From the IMG/VR virus record IMGVR_UViG_3300033463_000003: a stretch of DNA of 64,000 nt. The stretch is one strand, 5' to 3'. Of the stretch, positions 57,001 to 64,000 are shown in pieces. Position 1 is the first letter of the stretch. Every line of letters begins with the position of its first letter. Origin of the DNA: a virus (Duplodnaviria; Heunggongvirae; Uroviricota; Caudoviricetes). Both the position numbers and the translations under genes were made by a program. Below the pieces are notes generated by a model, which saw only the letters and a program-made list of their open reading frames with translations, was not told the origin of the DNA and searched no databases.

Positions 57001-57144
57001 ATGAGTAAGTTCTTAAAAGTGTTAGAGTCAATATTTGTTGGTATTCTTGCTATTCTCGGGGCTATTTGTATCTCACCTTTAATTATTATTTATTTGCTTA
57101 TTCATTTACCAGTAATAGCAATTTCAGACATTTGGAGTGAGTAA
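57001..57144 (+). CDS. 47-aa hydrophobic peptide
   Basis: RBS GGAGG, operonic. Confidence 0.55.
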   Translation: MSKFLKVLESIFVGILAILGAICISPLIIIYLLIHLPVIAISDIWSE

Positions 57145-57145
57145 T

Positions 57146-58048
57146 ATGGTTAATTTTGATATAGATTTAGTAGTCCCATTTGTGGATAATACTGATCCTG
57201 TTTGAAGACAAACTTATTTAGATTTTTGTGCATTAAATAATGAATTTGCCAGGATTCAAGAAATGTTAGGCGCAAGATTTGACGATCCAGGTTTCTTTGA
57301 ATACAGTTTAAAGTTAATAGATAAATTTATGCCTTGGATAAGAAATATTTATTTAATTGTTTCAAATCCTGAACAGGTTCCAAGTTATATAAATAAAGAA
57401 AAAACAAAAATAGTTTTACATAAAGATATTATTCCTAAAGAATATTTACCAACTTTTAACTCGACAACAATTGAAATGTTTATTCCTAATATAGAAGGCT
57501 TATCTGAACATTTTATTTATACTAATGATGATATGTATCCAGTAGCACCTCTATCTAAAGAAGATTTTTTTACTGAAGATGGAAAAATAAAAATGAGTTT
57601 TTCAGGAAGAGATATTAGGCACAATCATAAACAATTTAGACTTGTTTGCTTAAATTGTTTTCAACATGTTGCAGAAGCTTTAGGATATAAACATGATGAG
57701 TTTACTTATTTAAAGCCAAATCATTCAATGACTCCGATGATTAAGGCTCATTGCGTGGACTGTCTAAAGAGACTAGAACCTCATATTTATAGAAATATTT
57801 GAGCTTTTAGAACTGAAACTCAACATAATCAATATATTTACCCTCTTTATGAATATTTAACAAATAATAGACTTGATAGCCCAATTAAGTTCTTATATAC
57901 TTCACTTAAACATCCAGGTGAAGAATTAGTTTTTGTTATTACTTCAGGCAATTATCAAATTATCTGTTTAAATGATGTGAGTGTCCCTGATAGGACAATC
58001 CTACCGATAGACCAAATAAAACAAGCATTTGAACAGCTCTTAAAATAA
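57146..58048 (+). CDS. Stealth-family sugar-phosphotransferase, 300 aa (TGA at 57203, 57800)
   Basis: CR1 IDLVVPFVDNTDPV(W), CR2 MPWIRNI...LPTFNS..IE...GLSEHFIY.NDD, CR4 ICLND. Confidence 0.85.
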
Positions 58049-58114
58049 AGCTCTAATTAGGGGCTTTATTTATTTGCTAAATTTAATATCTAAGGAAGTA
58101 GCAGGGAGTAATTT

Positions 58115-58357
58115 ATGGAAGACATTAATGGTCTAATTTTAGCTGCAGAAAAAGAGAGAGCAGCCTTACAAGAAAAGCTTATAAATTTGAGAAAAACTAA
58201 GGTAAATGAGGCCACAGAGGCTGATAAACTTAATAAGCTAATAAATAAGTCAGAATACAAAATTAGGCTTCTAGATAAGCAAATCTATGAGCTTTGCGAG
58301 GCAGCTATTGATGCAGCTTTACTTGCTGATAGTGACTCGTCTCATTATTGGTTTTAA
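58115..58357 (+). CDS. Coiled-coil hypothetical protein
   Basis: Late motif and RBS. Confidence 0.65.
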   Translation: MEDINGLILAAEKERAALQEKLINLRKTKVNEATEADKLNKLINKSEYKIRLLDKQIYELCEAAIDAALLADSDSSHYWF

Positions 58358-58469
58358 TAATTATTTATTTTATATAAAAGCATATTTTGAAAAAAAGTAT
58401 GTTTTTTTATTTATTTTTTAAAATTTTGTTGTATAATATAATGTAGGCAGTGTCAATAAGACCTACAGT

Positions 58470-58521
58470 AGAGCCTATACTTATTTCTTTTAATAAATAT
58501 GGATTTCGATAGTTAGGCCAA
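58470..58521 (+). ncRNA. Y-RNA-like motif, copy 1
   Basis: AGAGCCTATACTTATTTC...GATAGTTAGGCCAA; upstream of ROT-TerD gene. Confidence 0.55.
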
Positions 58522-58611
58522 TTCATTTATCACTTAAAGTAGTTTTTAGGACGGTAGGCGAGTTGGTAGCTTGTTATCCTAAAGGCTGCTTTATTTTTTA
58601 AGGAGAATTTT

Positions 58612-60609
58612 ATGATTAAATTCAGAGGAACAGATTTCAATTCAAACAATTCAACAAATGCACATCAAATTTTAATTGCTAGACATTATCTTTTAGCTGT
58701 GCCACAAGAAGCTTCAGAACTTACAAAAGTTAGAACTGCATATTTTAATGCTTATCTTTTATCTAACTTTGGTATTGTAGTTGATAAACCACAACTTTTA
58801 ACTGATACTCATATTAAAGAAATTACTGAACTCTATAAATTAGATGTTCCAGCTTCATTTTACTCAAATCCACAAGATATGAAGTACTTTACAAAAGCTG
58901 AACTTTTAATTGAACAATTAGTTTCTTATTTCTTAGTTGAAACAGGAACTGGTATTTATTCACGCCCAGAAATTTTTGAAAAAGATTTACCAGAATATAA
59001 AACTGGTGAAGAAATCAAACTTCGTGAATTTAAGATTGTTTTTGCTGATGAAGCAGAAGTTATTTTAACTGATTTAGCAAAAGCTTATTCAGAATACAAG
59101 CGTCCTTGGTCTTTAGACGAAACAATTGAATTCGTCTGGCTTTTTGACCATGGCTATTACAAAGACTTTGATATTCTTTGTGGTGATAATGCTATTACAA
59201 TGCTTGAAAGAGATATTAATTTTGCACGTTTCTTATTTAAAAAAGATTTAGTCAAGATTTCTATCACTCGTTGTGGTGAAAATTCTAAACTTGTCTTAGA
59301 TAGCACAACTAAAGATTTAATTAGAGGTGCTTTACCACTTGTTAAAGATTGTCCAATGACTAAGAAACAAGCTAAGTATTTTAATACTCTTGTTAATAAA
59401 GTTGGTGCACAAGGCAAGGTTAAATTAGCTGATAATTCTAAATCTCCTTATGCAAGAGCTCAAGCAGCTTTAGATAAAGGTGATGTTTTAGGTGCAGCCA
59501 AAATTTATGCTTCTAATGGTTCTCTTTTAGAAAGAAATCTTAAAATGTTAGTTTCAAGGGCTGACCCACAAACAGCTTTAGATATTTTAGGCTTACTTCC
59601 AGCTAAAAACCCACTTGTTCTTTTCCAAACAATGTCAACTTTAATGTCTGATGATGGAAATGCAAGAACATTTACTTTTACTAAGAATAAATTAGTTAAA
59701 AAACATATTGAAACAGAATATGAAACAACTTGGAGAAAATCTAAGTTGAATGAAGCTACCAGAAAGCTTATTCACGATGCTTGCTTTACTAAGATTGAAG
59801 AAGGTTATAGAGCCCTACCATCTTTAGGCAAAGTTTACATTGCCCCAGAATTCTTCAAAGTTGGCGTTCCTGTTAATACTTCAGCTACTGGAAAAGGCAT
59901 TGATGTCCTACCAGTTTCTTCAAGACTTCCTGTTACAACAAATAAAGTTCGTACTTTTGTTCATTGGAAAGATGCCTTTGATATTGATGCTTCTTTAATT
60001 TTTGTTCATGAAGATAATAGTTTAAGCTATATGTATTTTGGTAATTACTGGGATAAACCATTTGATAATGCAGTTTATTTCTCAGGCGACTGTCGTGCTA
60101 AAAATGGTACTGAATATTATGATATTGATTTAGATAAAGTTCGTGCTAGAGGTATCAAATATGTTATTCAAACCTTCCATGGTTTCTGTTCAAGCTTAAA
60201 TAGCGGTGAAATTTTCTGTGGTTATCAAAATAAAGAAAACTTCAATACAAAAGCTTGGGACCCAAAGAACATTGAATTAAAAATTCATGTTAAAGGTGAT
60301 ACTCGTGCTTTTATGGCATTTGCTTTAGATTTAACAACTAATGAAGTAGTTATTTTAAATCAACTTATTGAAGATGAATTTAATGTTGTTCGTGGTAGTA
60401 ATTTTAGCACAATTGCTAAGTTATTGAATCCAGCACAACTTGAATTAAATGCAGGTTTAATTGCAAGCTATCGTGGAGAAACAGTTGAAAATCCAGAAGA
60501 AGCCGATGTTGTTTTTGCTAGCAGCTATAACCCAACAGAAGCTCAAAAAGTCATTAGACCATTTGATATTGAGAAGATTGTAGCCATTGCAAATGGCCAA
60601 AATCTTTAA
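58612..60609 (+). CDS. Helical (ROT/TROVE-like) plus C-terminal TerD-domain protein
   Basis: VRTFVHW...DIDAS...FSGD....GTEYYDIDL TerD-like segment; G.L.R.L..L helical region. Confidence 0.6.
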   Translation: MIKFRGTDFNSNNSTNAHQILIARHYLLAVPQEASELTKVRTAYFNAYLLSNFGIVVDKPQLLTDTHIKEITELYKLDVPASFYSNPQDMKYFTKAELLIEQLVSYFLVETGTGIYSRPEIFEKDLPEYKTGEEIKLREFKIVFADEAEVILTDLAKAYSEYKRPWSLDETIEFVWLFDHGYYKDFDILCGDNAITMLERDINFARFLFKKDLVKISITRCGENSKLVLDSTTKDLIRGALPLVKDCPMTKKQAKYFNTLVNKVGAQGKVKLADNSKSPYARAQAALDKGDVLGAAKIYASNGSLLERNLKMLVSRADPQTALDILGLLPAKNPLVLFQTMSTLMSDDGNARTFTFTKNKLVKKHIETEYETTWRKSKLNEATRKLIHDACFTKIEEGYRALPSLGKVYIAPEFFKVGVPVNTSATGKGIDVLPVSSRLPVTTNKVRTFVHWKDAFDIDASLIFVHEDNSLSYMYFGNYWDKPFDNAVYFSGDCRAKNGTEYYDIDLDKVRARGIKYVIQTFHGFCSSLNSGEIFCGYQNKENFNTKAWDPKNIELKIHVKGDTRAFMAFALDLTTNEVVILNQLIEDEFNVVRGSNFSTIAKLLNPAQLELNAGLIASYRGETVENPEEADVVFASSYNPTEAQKVIRPFDIEKIVAIANGQNL

Positions 60610-60964
60610 TAAATTGATAAATTAATAATTTATTAAAATTTATTCGCTAAATTAAATATCAAGCCTTGTACGTAAGGCGTGCTAATGTATGCCACTGTCG
60701 ACAAAATCTTCCTGCTACTTTCCACGATTAAAAAACCCAAGTCGACAAAAAATCTTATGTTAGAATAGTAAAGTGGTCATAAGACGAACAACTCTATTAA
60801 CAGCAGATTTATTCTGAGTTCTGGTCAGGATACTAAATAATCTGCTGTTTTTCTTTTGCTATAAATTATTTACATTTGCTAAATTATTTGATATAGCTGT
60901 GGCTGTTATTTAGGGTATGATATACTAATTTAGCTGGCTAGGTTTATCAGTGAGGATTTTTATT

Positions 60965-61870
60965 ATGGCTGATATGACTTATACCGGTTGGAAGAAATGA
61001 AATCCAACTTCTGATGAGTGGTGAGCACTCTATACTGAAGGGAGAGTACCATTTGAATTAAAAGAAAATGAGTATTTAATAGTAAAAGCCGAAGATAATA
61101 TAACAACATTCTACTGTTGTGAAAATGGTGGCTTAAGAAAATTTACAGGCGGGTCAATTAAAACTGTTAAAGATTTGACTCCAGTTCCATTAGAACAGCC
61201 TAAGCAAGAAGAAACTAAAAAAACTTCTACAAGGAAATATTCTAAGGGAAAAAGCATAGTTATTACCCCAAGAAATGAAGAGCAAGTTTGTGCTTTTGAT
61301 TTAATGAAAGACCCAACAAAAACTATTAAATTATTAACAGGAACTTGGGGAACTGGTAAAACAATGATTTTAGTATCTGCTGCGCTTGAGGCATTAAAAC
61401 AAGGCAGATTTGATAGAATTGTCTGGATTAGAAATAATGTAGATGTTAAAGATACTAAAGATTTAGGTGCTTTACCTGGCGAAGTAATAGATAAATTACT
61501 TCCATTCTTAGGACCTTTTATAGACCATGCTGGTGAACATAGTGTCAGAACTATGTTAGATAAGGGAACTCTTGTTGTCGAACCTCTTCAATCTCTTAGA
61601 GGCAGAAACTTCGACAATACATTAATTATGTGCTCTGAAGCAGAAAACCTCACAAAAGAACATATACAGCTCATTATTGCCCGTGCTGCAGAAGGATCAG
61701 AGGTTTGGTTTGATGCAGATAATAGGCAAAGAGATAAAGTTTCATTTGAAAAATCGAAAGGCATTGAAACACTTATAGAGCGTCTTGCAGGACAAAAATT
61801 ATTTGGTTATGTGCATTTAATTAAGTCTGAGCGCTCAAAAACTGCTGCTTTGGCAGACTTATTAAATTAA
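60965..61870 (+). CDS. phoH: PhoH-family ATPase, 301 aa (two N-terminal TGA-Trp)
   Basis: PRNEEQ, GTWGTGKT, LGALPG, LRGRNF, EAEN, Q.D, RS. Confidence 0.88.
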
Positions 61871-61886
61871 AAGGAGAGTAGCGAAG

Positions 61887-62522
61887 ATGTCTCTAGTAGT
61901 TGCGATTAAACAAAAGAATAGGATTGTGCTTGGTGCAGACAAGCAAATTAGTACTGGCGATAGTAAAAATCATACCAGTACTAAGATTTGGCCTGTCTAT
62001 GATTTAGAAGGTGCAATTATGGGCTCAGTAGGTTCCGCTCGTGCTTCACAAATTATTCAATATGCTAATGTAGTTGATAAGAATAATTTACAAGTAGAGC
62101 CAACTACTGATTTTGTTGTTTGTTCTTTAGTTCCAACAATTGCTCAAACATTAAAAGCTAATGGTATTGTAGTTGAACCTGGTGAAAATGGTTTATGTGA
62201 TTTAATGCCAAATGCTTTCATTTTTGCCTATAGAGATAAAGCATGGATGATTTGGAATGACTTAAGCGTCTCTGAAATTGAGGATTATTTTGCAATAGGT
62301 TCAGGCAGTGATGTTGCTTGTGGAGCTTTATATGCGACAAAAGAAAAGGACCCATTTGAAAGAGTTGTTACAGCTATAGATGCTGCAGCTGAATCCACTT
62401 TATTTGTTGATGATGGCATAGATGTTTTAGTTACAGAAGAGCACAAGGATGATGAAAAATTATTAGCAAAAGCTTTAGGAATTGAAATTGAAAAAGAAAA
62501 AGCTAAGAAACTTGCTAAATAA
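61887..62522 (+). CDS. HslV/proteasome-beta-like Ntn hydrolase
   Basis: (M)SLVVAI...LGAD.QIS....K, YFAIGSGS. Confidence 0.7.
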   Translation: MSLVVAIKQKNRIVLGADKQISTGDSKNHTSTKIWPVYDLEGAIMGSVGSARASQIIQYANVVDKNNLQVEPTTDFVVCSLVPTIAQTLKANGIVVEPGENGLCDLMPNAFIFAYRDKAWMIWNDLSVSEIEDYFAIGSGSDVACGALYATKEKDPFERVVTAIDAAAESTLFVDDGIDVLVTEEHKDDEKLLAKALGIEIEKEKAKKLAK

Positions 62523-62585
62523 TTAAGATAAATTCCTGGGTGCTCAAAATCCCAGGAATTTTTTATATCTATTGTATAATATATT

Positions 62586-63179
62586 ATGGAAAAGTTTACT
62601 GTTAGTTATTGAAAAAAAAGTTATTATCATATTGCTCATTGGATTTTTAGAAGAATGGAGAAAGAATGTTTAGAGTTTTTCCATGATACTATAGAAGACT
62701 GGCAATATATAGTTGAAAAATACCATGACTTTGAAGCAGAACTTTATGAAAAGTATTTTAATAAACATAAAGTAGTTCCATTTGAAGTATATCAAGAGCT
62801 TTGTAATCAATATATTCATCAAGCAAAAGAAGATAACAAAAAACAAGCTATTGAATTCTTTATGACAGTTTATAAAGATTATCCAGTAGAATTTAAGCCT
62901 CATACAGATTATTTAAAGCCTGCTACTAAGGAAGAAATTGAACAAGCTAGAAAAGATTTTAGTTCTGTTAAAGAAGAAATTTATGGAAAAACTAGAGTTC
63001 ATACTCATACCTTCTCAGATGGTGCTCAAGTTTTAGACTATAGAGGCTTAAGATTAATCTTAGATAATGAGTGGGATAATGCTTGGATTAAAGATGAAAC
63101 AGGAAAAGTTCATTATTTTCAATTAATTTGGGACTGGGATTTTCCAATAGATAATTATATTGCCTATCATATTTTATAA
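62586..63179 (+). CDS. Hypothetical protein (start 62586 requires TGA=Trp; alternative 62655)
   Basis: ATG 5 nt after TGTATAAT, in frame. Confidence 0.65.
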
Positions 63180-63219
63180 AAAACTATTTACATTTAGAAA
63201 AAACAATGTATAATAATAT

Positions 63220-63295
63220 AGAGCTTATACTTATTTCTAGAATGCTGTGGTTCGAATCCACCTTGCCTGTGGGGAGCAGAAAGATAGTTAAGCCA
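63220..63295 (+). ncRNA. Y-RNA-like motif, copy 2, with tRNA T-arm mimic
   Basis: Starts just after a sigma-A promoter; compensatory GCTTA/TAAGC; GTGG-TTCGAAT-CCAC hairpin. Confidence 0.6.
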
Positions 63296-63298
63296 TTT

Positions 63299-63373
63299 CC
63301 TCCCGTCGTCTAAAGGTCAGGACGCTCCCCTTATAAGAGAGAAATCGTGGTTCAAGTCCATGCAGGAGGACCA
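63299..63373 (+). tRNA. tRNA with UAU anticodon (Ile by anticodon)
   Basis: Cloverleaf, loop CTTATAA, T-loop TTCAAGT, CCA; one mismatch each in acceptor and anticodon stems. Confidence 0.7.
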
Positions 63374-63470
63374 TTAAAAAATATATTTACATTTTCAAAA
63401 AAATAATGTATAATATAAAAAGCATAAGAAAATATATGCTAAATTAAATGTTCGCGATAATGTGAACAAT

Positions 63471-63529
63471 AGAGCCTATACTTATTTCTGAACAAATAAG
63501 GATCATGAAGAAAAAGCTAGTTAGGCCAA
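63471..63529 (+). ncRNA. Y-RNA-like motif, copy 3
   Basis: AGAGCCTATACTTATTTC...TAGTTAGGCCAA. Confidence 0.55.
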
Positions 63530-63595
63530 AACATCTATGTTAAGTAAGTATTCTGAGGTATAGTGAAATCTTACAGACAAATAGGAGAAAAAGCG

Positions 63596-63685
63596 ATGAA
63601 AAGAAATTGGTCTGTCAAACTAATGCAACAATTACGCGGTTATCATGGCGGATATTCTTTTTCATACGCAGGTTTTCTCAAATAG
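63596..63685 (+). CDS. Possible 29-aa peptide
   Basis: RBS AGGAG; terminator at about 63715-63743. Confidence 0.3.
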   Translation: MKRNWSVKLMQQLRGYHGGYSFSYAGFLK

Positions 63686-63751
63686 ACTAGAATAATATAT
63701 AGACTAACTAAATTGGGCAGCTTGCGTATGTGAGCTGCCTTTTATTTATCT

Positions 63752-63828
63752 TGGGGCGTGAACGAATGGTAGAGTTAACAGGCTTTGAACCTGTGTTTGT
63801 GGAGGTTCGAGTCCTCCCGCCCTAGCCA
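63752..63828 (+). tRNA. tRNA-Gln(UUG)
   Basis: ACAGG-CTTTGAA-CCTGT, TTCGAGT, CCA. Confidence 0.9.
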
Positions 63829-63832
63829 ATAT

Positions 63833-63907
63833 TGAGATGTAGGCAAGTGGTAAGCCGCCTGTCTCTGAAACAGGTTATCCTTGGTCCGAACCCAAGCATC
63901 TCAACCA
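63833..63907 (+). tRNA. tRNA-Gln(CUG)
   Basis: CCTGT-CTCTGAA-ACAGG, TGAGATG/CATCTCA, CCA. Confidence 0.88.
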
Positions 63908-63909
63908 AT

Positions 63910-63996
63910 GCCCATATGATGGAATTTAGTAGACATAAGGGTCTTAAAAACCCTTGGCCGAGTGTCGTGTCAGTGCAAGTCTGACTATGGGTACCA
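63910..63996 (+). tRNA. tRNA-Leu(UAA)
   Basis: AGGGT-CTTAAAA-ACCCT, long variable arm, CCA. Confidence 0.9.
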
Positions 63997-64000
63997 ATTG

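Noticed and set aside
56498-57031. Minus-strand 177-aa ORF
   Set aside because: Antisense to the tRNA, intron and RHH gene; no RBS or motif
63241-63265. Additional tRNA at the GTGGTTCGAATCCAC hairpin
   Set aside because: No D arm, anticodon arm or acceptor stem; it lies inside the Y-RNA-like motif

Overview
64 kb slice of a large, AT-rich lytic bacteriophage genome with essentially all genes on the + strand. The host is probably an anaerobic Firmicute/Bacilli-type bacterium, inferred from sigma-A-type promoters and an nrdD-FNT-nrdG operon. The phage reads TGA as Trp, so many fragments in the supplied ORF track join into single genes. Layout: tail-fibre/adhesin genes (0-7.6 kb); a repeat-rich non-coding block (7.6-10.4 kb); SNF2 helicase, MTase, an acidic virion-like protein and anaerobic RNR (10.4-20 kb); about 40 small acidic early genes under about 20 sigma-A promoters with palindrome-rich spacers (20-35 kb); then middle/late genes (GIY-YIG, EcoRI-type MTase, deformylase, ligase, CCA enzyme, primase-like protein, Stealth, ROT/TROVE-TerD, PhoH, HslV-like) and the start of a tRNA cluster. 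The top finding is a UGA-reading tRNA-Trp(UCA) whose anticodon is split by a 216-nt group I intron. TGA-Trp codons are absent from the early cluster and concentrated in late genes, which suggests a splicing-gated genetic-code switch. Second is a three-copy, covarying, Y-RNA-like ncRNA linked to the ROT-TerD gene and the tRNA cluster. All product calls are motif recognition by eye; no searches were run.
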